Made by a program: the position numbers and the translations under genes. The notes beneath the pieces were generated by a model. That model did not search any database, was not told the origin of the DNA, and was given only the letters and a program-made list of their open reading frames with translations. From Babesia bigemina (Eukaryota), in NCBI RefSeq assembly GCF_000981445.1, contig NC_027217.1, positions 2,790,001 through 2,823,968 of the forward strand: DNA of 33,968 nt. Reading direction: 5' to 3'. Shown here piece after piece: positions 10,201 to 20,300 of this stretch; position 1 is the stretch's first letter, and every line of letters starts with the position of its first letter.

Positions 10201-12906
10201 TCTCAGTTCCGACAGCTTCCCTTTGGCGCTTTCTGAGTTTCCTTCGGCAGCCTTCTTCACAATTTCGCACATGGCAGCGAGTTTGGATTTGACGTCATCT
10301 GCGTGGGAGACAATATCTGATTTCAAATTTTCGATGGAGGCTAAAGCCTCTGTGACCTTTGTTTCTATTTGTTTGATGGCAGTGGGAAGGCCGCCTGTCA
10401 TGCTTTTGATGTCTCTGTGTGTAAGGCTATCTTGGTCAACTTGCTTTGTGTAATTTGCATATTTTGCTTGACCAATATTGCCTATTTTATTAACTTCACC
10501 ACCTCCTTCCGGCAGAATATCTCCGCCAATCTCCGCTGACAGTATGCCTTCAATCCTGCTTTTAAATGTGTTTTCTTGAAGCGCACCGTCCTTGAGGTCG
10601 TCGTAGGCGGTTTTGAACGTTTTCATGAGATTTGGGCCAAATTCGTAATCGTTGTTAACGCTGGACGGCTTTTTCTTTTTGAAAAAGTCACTCTCAAATT
10701 TTTCTTGAAACATCGAAAGTGTGTTCTTAATTCTCGTATCGAACTGATTCACCAACGCCTTGAGGCCTTTTACGTTTTCGTTGTTGCCGACGACACTGTA
10801 CTGGACATTTGTGTTATGATTGTAGCCATTTACACCTTGTTGAATCTTTTGCACTTTTGCGTTTAGGGTTTGTGCGGCGACCTTTATTTCCTCTTTGACT
10901 CTCTGCCGGACCTGTGTCATAACTGCAGTAACTACCCCTGATGAGTGCTCGGACACTGCTTCAGCAATTTCTCCGAGCTCTTTGAGTATTCTTTTTGCTT
11001 CTTCCTTCCCCAAAGAATCTACCGACGCCGTAAATCCCCTGACTGTAGGTGCCGCTATTGTAAATTTGGAGTTTAAATCACCCGTGACACCACTTATATC
11101 GAGACCAACATTCGTTAGACTTCTTTTCAGCTCCTCATAATTGCCTGCAATATTGGCATCATTAACAACTACCTGAAGTTTCTTCAGTTCTTCGAACGCC
11201 TTCTTAACTGCATTTTTTACATCGTACGAATTTGTGCCGTTGACAAAGATTTCCCACCCCTCACCTATCTTCTTCATCGCATCCTTCAGAGGCGTCATGA
11301 TTTTGGTGTTGAGATTGCTAAAATATTCAGTGACCTTTTGAAAAATCACTTCACTTCCACCAATTGCTTTAAGTAATTTTGCCGTAACGTTGATGTTCTT
11401 ATCGTTCACAATTTGCTCAATTTGCGTAAGCTCCTGAAGCTTCTCTATGTCACTGTGCACAATACCAATTGCGTGCTCGACTGCTTTTTCAGTTGCAGTT
11501 AATTGCTCCGAAAACGTCGTAGAACTTTCCACAATTGCTTCTAATTCACCTTCAATCTTTCCCTTCAACACCGTCAAATCTTGTTTCACGTTCCCCTCTA
11601 ACTCATCATACGGCGTCTTGATTTGCTCCTTGACATGATTCACAATTGCTTTCTGGATTTCTTGCTTGACTGTATACAAATCCATTTTCAGCGCGTCGTT
11701 CATCTCTTTCACCTGCGTCAGCGCCAATCTAACATTCTCCTGAGCAGCGTTTTTTGCTGCATCTCCGGCCTCCTGCATACTCATGGCCTGCCCCTTTATA
11801 TATTCAGCTGCATAATTAATCGATTTTTTTCTTTCTGCAGGATGGACGACTTCCTCTAGTATTTTTTCAACCTTCATCATCACGTCACTAACAAATCCAT
11901 CCGCCTCCCAGGCCCATGTGTCCAATGCCGAGACACCACGCTCCAATTCTTTATAGATGGCTTCCAGCTTCTCCTTAATTTTCTGAACATCTTCCTTCAG
12001 CTTATTAACAAGTCCAGTAACTCGCTGAGTAATCTCGCTCTTAAAACATGACTGAACACTTTCCAGCTTCTTAACCATCTTCACAATCGCGTCGTAATTC
12101 TCCTTTTCCTTCCTGGACAAGGTAGTCAACCGGTCGGTCTCGTACTTAACTGTCTCACGAACACTATGCACTCTCTCACGTAATTTATGATTAAGATCAT
12201 TAATTGCGTTCTGTGTTTTTATATTTTTAGGTACACTAGAGTCTAATTTGCTGTTGAATTCATTGGCCTTTGCGAGGCACTGCGTCACTAAGTTGTCGGC
12301 CTTGGTCACCTCGGGGTCCGTTTGCTTAGGGTCATCGGAAACCTTGTCAACCTGAATGTCATTAAAACCTAAACAAAACTTACCGGATGATTCTTCAGTG
12401 AAATATGATAATAATTCTACAACGGGCTTACTGACTCTATCATTTGATATCTTGAGAAAACCATTGTACTTTCTCACCCCTTTAACCACACTTCCAATCG
12501 CATCATTAAAACCTTTTTTACCAAGGTGTTTATTGGTGTTAAGAGTGTCAATTGCTTGTGTGATTTCATTTTTATGCTGCCCTAAATGCTCTTTGATGTT
12601 ACTGAGAACACCACTCAAAAATCCCATCACCCCGTCACACAGCCTGTCCAAGTCGGAGTACACAATACCATTGCCAGTGTAGCCTTTGGAAGATGGATTG
12701 AAGCCGAGGAAGGTTTCGAGGCCAGAGCAAAGGTTATTTAGGATGTTAGTAGGGTTGTTATTTAAGGTATTTTTAAGGTTCAAAATTTTGTCAAATTTCT
12801 TGTCAAGCTCCCTAGGCGGCACATGGTCAGGGCAGTGGCAAGAGGTGGAAGAGAGGAAGTGAAGGGGGACAAGGCACAAGTTATTGTGATGGTTTAAAGA
12901 GGTCAT
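7279..12906 (-). CDS. ves1: VESA/ves1-like large variant antigen (1875 aa from first ATG); long coiled-coil middle, Cys-rich C-terminal domain, TM and short tail
   Basis: LCSGLETFLGF...GIVYSDLDRLCDGVMGFLSGVL near the N-terminus; SPLMSYLRDSLPGCLPH, YLSWAVYLPW, IREPFTYLVLALWSLSLFYL and RLDVLHIKSHLRSPSSHKITAQSLLAAA...ISYLQP at the C-terminus. The track start (13038) is a TTG inside the satellite; the first ATG is 12906. True 5' end uncertain. Confidence 0.85.
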   Translation of the reverse strand: MTSLNHHNNLCLVPLHFLSSTSCHCPDHVPPRELDKKFDKILNLKNTLNNNPTNILNNLCSGLETFLGFNPSSKGYTGNGIVYSDLDRLCDGVMGFLSGVLSNIKEHLGQHKNEITQAIDTLNTNKHLGKKGFNDAIGSVVKGVRKYNGFLKISNDRVSKPVVELLSYFTEESSGKFCLGFNDIQVDKVSDDPKQTDPEVTKADNLVTQCLAKANEFNSKLDSSVPKNIKTQNAINDLNHKLRERVHSVRETVKYETDRLTTLSRKEKENYDAIVKMVKKLESVQSCFKSEITQRVTGLVNKLKEDVQKIKEKLEAIYKELERGVSALDTWAWEADGFVSDVMMKVEKILEEVVHPAERKKSINYAAEYIKGQAMSMQEAGDAAKNAAQENVRLALTQVKEMNDALKMDLYTVKQEIQKAIVNHVKEQIKTPYDELEGNVKQDLTVLKGKIEGELEAIVESSTTFSEQLTATEKAVEHAIGIVHSDIEKLQELTQIEQIVNDKNINVTAKLLKAIGGSEVIFQKVTEYFSNLNTKIMTPLKDAMKKIGEGWEIFVNGTNSYDVKNAVKKAFEELKKLQVVVNDANIAGNYEELKRSLTNVGLDISGVTGDLNSKFTIAAPTVRGFTASVDSLGKEEAKRILKELGEIAEAVSEHSSGVVTAVMTQVRQRVKEEIKVAAQTLNAKVQKIQQGVNGYNHNTNVQYSVVGNNENVKGLKALVNQFDTRIKNTLSMFQEKFESDFFKKKKPSSVNNDYEFGPNLMKTFKTAYDDLKDGALQENTFKSRIEGILSAEIGGDILPEGGGEVNKIGNIGQAKYANYTKQVDQDSLTHRDIKSMTGGLPTAIKQIETKVTEALASIENLKSDIVSHADDVKSKLAAMCEIVKKAAEGNSESAKGKLSELRSKIGRNTVKKPGDGVLMKIKNDLETLKKTQLHECISAATDFSNHAERLKTSTISSLQDIVDTQLNDCMAELTKQANTHYVTTMHYLLEQFADKVRGQLDKLPEAIEEDLATGFKGFMGAFQGQNGQAANYDNIEKLKDIVDRLSKNPTDYKANFEKLANKFQSFWQPLKTYLDTDLKREYAEEMKRKTPPVTIGEGDKHPYAEQLENVKDKLNILLTQLQDSGNFTHSVAHNLGILNNAHDNLVPTNFSSPCNTLVDALKSGVNALVSELIKTYLNAYDGASDGMVLVDARNDKVTDDGNKCAKVCLSLLSILYSEFKTLLKYCVARCKSDQININTELGKYFATQGYKVTEDGKKHWELQDSKGMTGLFICKRMFGKDEHHLYYIDKSKQNALDTLHDCLQTYYQVSHIATFSARKRPCNIFEMLCWVSGLPCNNVYQDMLDDAISELFVDPSKQPEDADGIPVTYISDEPLPAYPQNIAMDDTQRAVKRLCSRSHDILTTIAGTGDAYSMYAVDYSTNSLNFHYPSKGEDCLQMLLDILRRLLPSLKFLHTQCGLSSAYHGWSGCQYGRGVKHSNWQCGEHPANESTDCLPRSPLMSYLRDSLPGCLPHQLVSAGCKSECKTCPKSLPGAPCITPLGFRGFSGSTKTGKDICTVLTKFFDNSNINALFGLLPKPPSTLPEHFQFALTLSSMLDNANAASDVSLAFVTKTKALSIDLYKETSKLTGALQNAYRNQAGHTSSDHSKSTEADLSSLSKDSCNLPHERDIHCAPYLCSTSSDAYTYLAKKHADLYLSWAVYLPWTFYSYLKSLLDAFQQIDCGGSGCTKCSCKPGKHGVEYSCKCKALISCRGVMTTFYQYGFTFGDAKTLYGTNRKFCLSFSTQLSNLLKSQHFTKLFEECDNFIWTIREPFTYLVLALWSLSLFYLVCVMVGRLDVLHIKSHLRSPSSHKITAQSLLAAAQVGRLAKISYLQP

Positions 12907-12934
12907 AGCGGTATTATGGCGAGGTAATTCGAGA

Positions 12935-13870
12935 GATGTAGAGTGGGTAAAGGGGCGATGTAGAGTGGATAAAGGGGCGATGTAGAGTGGGTTGGGGAGC
13001 GATGTAGAGTAGGTTAAGGAGCGATGTAGAGTGGACAAAGGGGCGATGTAGAGTGGATAAAGGAGCGATGTGGAGTGGATTAGGGAGCGATGTAGAGTGG
13101 GTAAAGGAGCGATGTAGAGTGGGTTAAGGGGCGATGTAGAGTGGATAAAGGAGCGATGTGGAGTGGATAAAGGGGCGATGTGGAGTGGGTTAAGGGGCGA
13201 TGTGGAGTGGGTTAGGGAGCGATGTAGAGTGGATAAAGGGGCGATGTGGAGTGGGTAAAGGGGCGATGTAAGGTGGGTTAAGGGGCGATGTGGAGTGGGT
13301 TAAGGGGCGATGTAGTGTGGGTTAAGGGCGATGTAGAGTGGGTTAAGGGGCGATGTGGAGTGGGTTAGGGAGCGATGTAGAGTGGATAAAGGGGCGATGT
13401 GGAGTGGGTAAAGGGGCGATGTAAGGTGGGTTAAGGGGCGATGTGGAGTGGGTTAAGGGGCGATGTAGTGTGGGTTAAGGGCGATGTAGAGTGGGTTAAG
13501 GGGCGATGTGGAGTGGATAAAGGGGCGATGTGGAGTGGGTTAAGGGGCGATGTGGAGTGGGTTAGGGAGCGATGTAGAGTGGATAAAGGGGCGATGTGGA
13601 GTGGATAAAGGGGCGATGTAGAGTGGGTTAAGGGGCGATGTAAGGTGGGTTAAGGGGCGATGTGGAGTGGGTTAAGGGGCGATGCAAGGTGGATAAAGGG
13701 GCGATGTAGAGTGGGTTAAGGAGCGATGTGGAGTGGGTTAGGGAGCGATGTAGAGTGGGTTAGGGGCGATGTAGAGTGGGTTAGGGAGCGATGTAGAGTG
13801 GGTAAAAGGGCGATGTAGAGTGGGTAAAAGGGCGATGTAGAGTGGGTTAAGGGGCGATGTAGAGTGGATA
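12935..13870. repeat. G-rich 22-bp satellite (~42 copies)
   Basis: Unit GGGGCGATGTAGAGTGGGTTAA and variants (GGGAGCG, GGATAA, GGGTTAGGG). Confidence 0.98.
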
Positions 13871-13883
13871 ATAATCACCACTT

Positions 13884-14090
13884 GTGACCATGTCATCGCT
13901 GCCGTGACCATGTCATCGCTGCCGTGACAATGTCATCGCTGCCGTGACCATGTCATCGCTGCCGTGACCATGTCATCGCTGCCGTGACCATGTCATCGCT
14001 GCCGTGTCCATGTCATCGCTGCCGTGACCATGTCCTCACTGCCGTGACCATGTCCTCACTGCCGTGACCATGTCATCGCTGCCGTAACCA
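13884..14090. repeat. 20-bp minisatellite (~10 copies)
   Basis: Unit GTGACCATGTCATCGCTGCC. Confidence 0.96.
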
Positions 14091-14095
14091 TCAAC

Positions 14096-14151
14096 TTGGT
14101 CAGGTGCTTGGTCACCACTCTGGTCACCACTTTGGTCAGGTGGTTGGTCAC
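14096..14151 (-). repeat. Short 12-bp array (TTGGTCAnnnnn; nnnnnTGACCAA on -)
   Basis: TTGGTCAGGTGC TTGGTCACCACT CTGGTCACCACT TTGGTCAGGTGG TTGGTCAC; related to the 1386-3550 array in reverse orientation. Confidence 0.8.
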
Positions 14152-14235
14152 TTCGCTGCTCATGTGATAGGTCATCAACGCAATCATTACTCTGTCTTGC
14201 ACATTAGATGTCAGTTGCCAATTAGGTTATTGATA

Positions 14236-14370
14236 TTAGCTGCGCAGTAGATACCGCACCCTGTGGAACGGCCGGATGCGGAAGTAGATCATGACGCAGA
14301 TGACGACGATGATGAGGGCGACGGCGGCGGTGATGTAAGGGGCGGGTCAAGTAGTCACCTCACTGCCCAT
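14236..14370 (-). pseudogene. TM micro-ORF paralog with in-frame TGA at codon 8
   Basis: Translates MGSEVTT*PAPYITAAVALIIVVICVMIYFRIRPFHRVRYLLRS*. Confidence 0.55.
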
Positions 14371-14482
14371 GTGATTGATCATCAACGTAATCATTACTGT
14401 GTCTACAACATTAGATGTCAGTTGCCAGTTAGGTGATCAGTGGGATTCGGATTACGATGTTTGCGCTAACGAATTGCTGAGA

Positions 14483-15022
14483 TCAGCTGTAAAACGCGAT
14501 GCAGAACGGTATTTTGCGGACGATAAAGTCGCGGATGTTGCGGCCCACCGGGAATCGGAAGATGCACAGGTCGAGCAGGATGATGGCGACGATGATGGCA
14601 ACGATGACGGCGGCGATGGCTTGGGGGTCAGGGCGGAAAGGTGTGGAGGCTTGTTCATGAAGGTCGTCGGTTGGAGGCTGTAGATCGGAGAGACCGGACT
14701 GCTGCCGTTCACTGGTTGCATGATCCTGAGCACCGGAGGAAGTAAGGGGAGGCTGTGGAGCGGGGGGACGGACAGCTTCTCCACGCTCTTGTTTTCCTCT
14801 ACAACATGTACATTTACATTGATACTCTTTGTTTTTGCATTGCTTTGCACATTTTTGAGTTTCGCAGTCGTAAGTCCACAGGCCACTAGTGCGCTTATTG
14901 TAATGTAACCAACATCCACTGCAAGTCCAGCTAGCGTTACATTTATCACAGCACCAGGGACAACAATAACAATTAGGATACCTGCAATTCGTACCACACT
15001 CACACTTGTAATAAGTCGCCAT
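14483..15022 (-). CDS. Small Cys-rich protein with C-terminal TM (179 aa), paralog of 4148-4690
   Basis: Similar Cys pattern, near-identical TM/tail (IAAVIVAIIVAIILLDLCIFRFPVGRNIRDFIVRKIPFCIAFYS) and identical start context GAGGGGAAG-ATG. Confidence 0.8.
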   Translation of the reverse strand: MATYYKCECGTNCRYPNCYCCPWCCDKCNASWTCSGCWLHYNKRTSGLWTYDCETQKCAKQCKNKEYQCKCTCCRGKQERGEAVRPPAPQPPLTSSGAQDHATSERQQSGLSDLQPPTDDLHEQASTPFRPDPQAIAAVIVAIIVAIILLDLCIFRFPVGRNIRDFIVRKIPFCIAFYS

Positions 15023-15029
15023 CTTCCCC

Positions 15030-15567
15030 TCCCCCTCCCCTCAACCTGCAAGTATATCAATCACCTAAGCAGCACTCACCAACTGCAACACGTACCACTG
15101 CCGCTCCCAGTCCCCTCAACCTGCAAACATGTCAATCACCTAGCAAGCACTCACCAACTGCTACACTACCACTGCCGCTCCCAGTCCCCTCAACCTGCAG
15201 ACATATCAATGACTCAAGCAACGCACTCACCAACTACGACACGTACCACTGCCGCTCCCAGTCACCTCAGCCTGCAGACATATCAATCACTTAGCAAGCA
15301 CTCACCTACTACAACACGTACCACTGCCGCGCCCACTCCCCTCAACCTGCAAGCATATCAATCACCTAGCAACGCACTCACCAACTGCAACACTACCACT
15401 GCCGCTCCCAGTCACCTCAGCCTGCAGACATATCAATCACTTAGCAAGCACTCACCTACTACAACACGTACCACTGCCGCGCCCACTCCCCTCAACCTGC
15501 AAGCATATCAATCACCTAGCAACGCACTCACCAACTGCAACACTACCACTGCCGCTCCCAGTCCCCT
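15030..15567. repeat. ~76-bp satellite (~7 copies)
   Basis: Same unit as 4697-6503; contains a recent duplication of a two-unit block. Confidence 0.95.
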
Positions 15568-16082
15568 CATCAACACTCACCCTCACCCCTGTATCCCCCC
15601 AGCCCAGGCCACTGACACCCACGCTGCCCGGGATACCACGGTTGTCCTGACGCGACGCATGTGATCAGCACCAACTCTCACTCTAAATTATATACCATTG
15701 GCAACGCCATGAAAATTGCAGCGAACCCCGTGCGCTCAACTCCCACAGTGCAGCAGCACCGTGCTACGAGCCGCGGTATCGGCGCCATGCTGGCGGAGCG
15801 TGTCGGCTACGTGCCTAAATGTGATATTAACAATCGCTACATTGACGCCTATATATACTACTTAACCAGGCTGACGCCGATTACTCCACCCTGCCAGTGA
15901 CTCGCAACACACGACTTAGGTCACCCGCCGCGGCCATCACGACCGCTTACCTTAGCGACCAATCACCCAGCCTCACGTGACACTCACTCAATAGGCAACG
16001 CGGACACCTCTCACAGTCAACGCACAAGTCAAAGCACCAGGCAATCAACGTGCTACAACACCCACCAAATTACGGTTCATCC
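15568..16082. other. Conserved ~0.5-kb non-repetitive spacer (copy 2 of 2)
   Basis: Collinear with 6504-7018. Confidence 0.85.
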
Positions 16083-16628
16083 GCCAGCTTACCACGTTGC
16101 CTGGTTGCTAGCTCAGCACTTAGCTTGGGTGCCAGCTTAGCACTTTGCCTGGGGGCTAGCTCAGCACTTTGCCTGGGGGCTAGCTTAGCACTTAACTTGC
16201 GTGCCAGCTTACCACTTAACTTCGATGCTAGGTTAACACTTTGCCTGGTTGCCAGCTTACCACTTTGCCTGCGTGCCAGCTTAGCACTTAGCCTGCGTGC
16301 CAGCTTAGAACTTAGCCTGGGTGCTAGGTTAACACGTTGCCTGGTCGCTAGCTTAGCACTTTGCCTGGTTGCCAGCTCAGCACTTCGCCTGTGTGCCAGC
16401 TTAGCACTTTGCCTGGGTGCCAGCTTACCACGTTGCCTGTGTGCTTTCTTAACACTTAGCCTGGGTGCTAGGTTACCACATTGCCTGGGTGCCAGCTTAG
16501 CACTTTGCCTGGGTGCTTGCTTACCACTTTGCCTGGTTGCCAGCTTACCACTTTGCCTGGATGCCAGCTTAGCACTTTGCCTGTGTGCTAGCTTAGCACT
16601 TAGCGTGGATGCTAGGTCAACACGTTAC
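16083..16628. repeat. 24-bp minisatellite (~23 copies)
   Basis: Unit ~GCCAGCTTAGCACTTTGCCTGGGT. Confidence 0.95.
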
Positions 16629-16774
16629 TTCGTCATTCACTCATCACCTACTTTAGGTGCTATCTAGTTCACAGGTTACCTTTTGAGTAATTCGAGACAT
16701 TAGACTACGTTTGTCGGTTAGGTGAGTAGGTGAGTAGTTAAGTGAGTTGATGTGAATTACAAACGTGAATACAA

Positions 16775-17307
16775 TTACGGTTGTAGGTAAGATATCTTGG
16801 CAAGCCTTCCGACTTGCGCTGCAGCCAACAATGATTGCGCCGTTATCCTGTGCGATGATGGTGATCGTAAGTGCGATTTGATGTGGAGCACATCCAGTCT
16901 GCCAACCATTACGCAGATGAGGTAGAAGAGGGATAGTGACCAAAGTGCGAGGACCAAGTATGTGAACGGTTCTCTGATGGTCCAAATGAAGTTGTCACAT
17001 TCCTCAAATAATTTGGTGAAATATTGAGATTTCAGCAGATTACTCAGTTGTGTATGGAAACTAAGGCAGAATTTTCTGTTAGTTCCATACAGCGTTTTTG
17101 CGTCGCCAAAAGTGAACCCGTATTGGTAGAATGTGGTCATCACTCCACGACAGCTTATCAATGCGTTGCACTTGCAGCTGTATTCGACACCGTGCTTTCC
17201 CGGCTTGCACGAACATTTCGTACAACCGGAGCCTCCACAATCAATTTGCTGGAACGCTTCGAGCAATGCTTTCAGGTAACTGTAGAATGTCCACGGTAGA
17301 TATACAG
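16775..17307 (-). pseudogene. ves1: 3' fragment (TM and tail) of the ves gene disrupted by the retrotransposon
   Basis: VYLPWTFYSYLK...IREPFTYLVLALW...ISYLQP* is nearly identical to the end of 7279-12906 and continues the 21626-26775 fragment once the element is removed. Confidence 0.93.
17296..17307 (+). repeat. Left target-site duplication GTAGATATACAG
   Basis: Identical 12-mer at 21626-21637; single copy at the empty paralogous site 7800-7811. The last G is ambiguous with the element's 5' G-run. Confidence 0.95.
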
Positions 17308-20300
17308 GGGGGAGTTGGAATCTTCTGTGATTTTGGGGGAAACTTTGAGAAACGTGTTTTCTCGGGTTTATCACAGAAAGGAAATTTTTCCGATGTCACT
17401 GGGGGGTGTATTGAAGGCCAAAAGTGCGGAATTAAAGCGGCAACATCGCGAGGCGAAAGGCGGCCACACAGGCGCGCTGGATAGACGAACAAGGTACCAA
17501 TGGAGAGCTCACAAGAAGTGCAGCTGAGCAGTCAAATCGATGAGGACGGAGACCTCATGGTTATTGACGTGGACGTCCCCGATGGGATGGACATCGATGC
17601 TCCGCTTGCCACCGTGGGGCGCCGAGAGTGTCGGCAACCCGAAAGGCGGCATGAATCCAGAAAACCGGTACAAAGCGGTGTTCAGGGCCCTAAAGGTAAA
17701 CCCACAAATTCGAAGGGGGCCGGCCGTGGCGGCGAAAGCCGGCCAATCCCGCAGGCAAGCCGGAAACGACACCAGCCCGGAACCACTCCGGCTGTGAAGG
17801 GCGCTGGAAACAAAGCGCGGAACGGCGGTCCCCAGGGCCAAAAGGGTAACAACCGGAAGGCCAAAAAGACAGGAAACACGGCTCAAACGCCGCCTGTCGT
17901 GGTTTGCAACGCCGGGCCGAGTTCCTCGGAACGCGCACCCGTGTGTGTGCAGACACTGTCTACCCTGCAGCCACCGGCAGGGGAGGTTGTCGGAAACGGT
18001 GGCTGCCGCTCTCCGACCGTGTATTCCATATCGTCGGATGACTTTATGGACGTGGACGAAGAGGAACCTGAGCAAGTCGGGCCTGTGAGAGAATCAAACA
18101 ACAGTATAGCACCGGGCACCGCCAGTGAGGTGGCGCTCACTGAGACGGCTGCGTTGCCGAGGGCACCCGAAGGGCACGCCCCGCAGGCTGAACGGGCCGG
18201 GAACACGCCACAAATGCCGCCGAACTACGCTAGGCTGAATGCCAAGTTACAGTTCCTGCACTGTGTCATGCGTCAGATCGATGGACCATGGTGTCATTGG
18301 GTACCGGACGTCTACAAGGCAGTAGTGACGAAGTATCAGAGGATGCCACGAGGAGGATGGAAAGTCCTCGCGGAATATGCCAACGAGCATTTCGAATTCC
18401 ACAAGACCCACAAGGAGGTGGAGCAGATGGCAAGACAGGTAGTCGCCAAAGCAGCGCGGAGCCAACCGACGGACGTTGGAGAAATAGCATCGCTGCACGA
18501 CGTCGACTCATACAACGCCCTGCAGGAGGATTTCGACCGGATCATGGCACAGAGGTTGAGGGAGCCTGGTGTGATTAGGACAGTAAAGAACAAAAGACAC
18601 ACCATGGACTCCCTCGACTTCACGGCGATAAGGTCGCTGGATCTAGTGGTCCACAACTACGTGAAGCACAACCCAGTCACTGACATGGGGATGCTAGCCA
18701 TCTTGTATCAAACGGCACAGGACTGCTACGACAAGTACAGCGCAAAACCATCGTCGTCCTCGGGAAAGAAGGAGGCAGCTGAGAGGAGGATCAAGGAGCT
18801 GGAGGAGATAGGAGCATTACTTCTGAAATACAAGCAGAAGGTCCCCCTGGAGAAGGAGGATAGGAAACGCGTTTATCGCCAAATGGACAAGTACAACATG
18901 ATCGCGGACAAGCCGCAGGAACTGTCATACGTGATCAGCAGGACTCAAGAGGAGCTCCAAAAGGAGCAGGACAAACTCAAGAACGCCAAGTTCAAGAAGG
19001 AGTTGTACAACGACAACCGCATGTTCGAGCTCTACACGGGACACTTCTACAGGACACTGGAGAACAAGCAGGACGCGGACGAGTCGGCGATAAACGAGGG
19101 GATGATGATAGAGTACTGGGCGCAAATGTGGGTGAAGCCAAACGCACCGCACAACGGTGAAGGATATCTGGTCGAAAGACCACCGGCAGAGAACAAGGCA
19201 GGCTTTCCCACATACGAGGAATTCGTCACGATCGTCAAGAAATTGCGAGACTGGAAGTCGCCCGGTGCGGATGGGATCTACAACTACTACATTAAATGGC
19301 TCACGTCCCTTCACAGAGTCATTTACAGGCTAGTAGAGGAGGCATGCCAGCAAGGCAAAGTGCAGGACGACTGGTTCTACTGTGGGATCACGTACCTACT
19401 ACCGAAGAACAAGAAACCAAAGTCCGCCGCACAGTACAGGCCTATCACATGCATGTCCAACCTATACAAGCTAACTACCCGCTGTGCAACGGAGACGCTT
19501 AAGCGAGAAGTCGATGGCAGGGGACTACGGTCCGAGAACCAGATGGGCACGAGGAGCAACGTACAGGGTGCAAAGGAGCACGCGTTAGCGAACATCGCGC
19601 TCAACGAGAAGCACAAGGGGAAGTTACTTGCAACGTGGGTCGACGTCATGAAGGCGTACGACTCAATCGACCACGCGTACCTGGCAAGGGTTATCGACAA
19701 CCTTAACCTACCAGGGTGGTTATCAAACTTCATCAAGCAGACGATCAAGAGGTGGAATATAGAGATACGGTGGAACAAGAACACAATCATGCACAAGAAA
19801 GTGGAGAGGGGCATTCTCCAAGGCGACAGCCTATCGCCCCTTCTCTTCGTGCTGTGCTTGGACCCGCTGAGCAGGCACCTGACTCGCATCTTCCCCAAGG
19901 TGGAGTTAAGCGTGACCGGCGGCAGGATATTCGCCACAAACCACTTTCTCTATATTGACGACCTCAAGTTCTTCGCCCACGAGGAAAGTACGATGAGAGG
20001 AATGGGCCGAGAAGTGGAGAAGTTCTTCAACGACATAGGACTCAGGATCAACCGCGACAAGTCGGCAACCAACACGGAGGCGTGCGCCAGCATCGCCAAG
20101 CAGATGGAAGGCCCGGAAACGTACAAGTACTTGGGAGTCACAGAGACTTCAAACTCACTGACAAGCGACGGAATGTTCGACATAATACTACAGGAGATAT
20201 GCAGGAGAACGGAGCTACTGGCTGCGTCAAAGCTGTCGGGGAAAAACCTCTCGATGGCCATCAACCAGTACGCCCTCAGCGTCATCAACTACTACATCGG

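Noticed and set aside
9300..12600. Ebh/SMC/myosin-like annotation of the long helical regions
   Set aside because: Generic coiled-coil similarity; the flanking motifs identify the genes as VESA family.
12907..13038. N-terminal 44 aa of the 1919-aa ORF
   Set aside because: Starts at a TTG within the 22-bp satellite and is mostly repeat translation.
16050..16667. 205-aa ASLALCLG-repeat hydrophobic ORF (and 6986-7171)
   Set aside because: A 24-bp unit stays in frame by arithmetic, the start is non-ATG, and copy number differs about fivefold between paralogous sites. No independent coding evidence, though not formally excluded.
16775..17374. 199-aa ORF as an independent gene
   Set aside because: It is a chimera of antisense retroelement 5'UTR and the severed ves 3' end.
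17439..17460. GGCAACA...GGCGAA resemblance to the HDV ribozyme P4/J4-2 region
   Set aside because: I could not build the P1/P2/P3 nested pseudoknot by eye, so no ribozyme is called; it needs a descriptor search.
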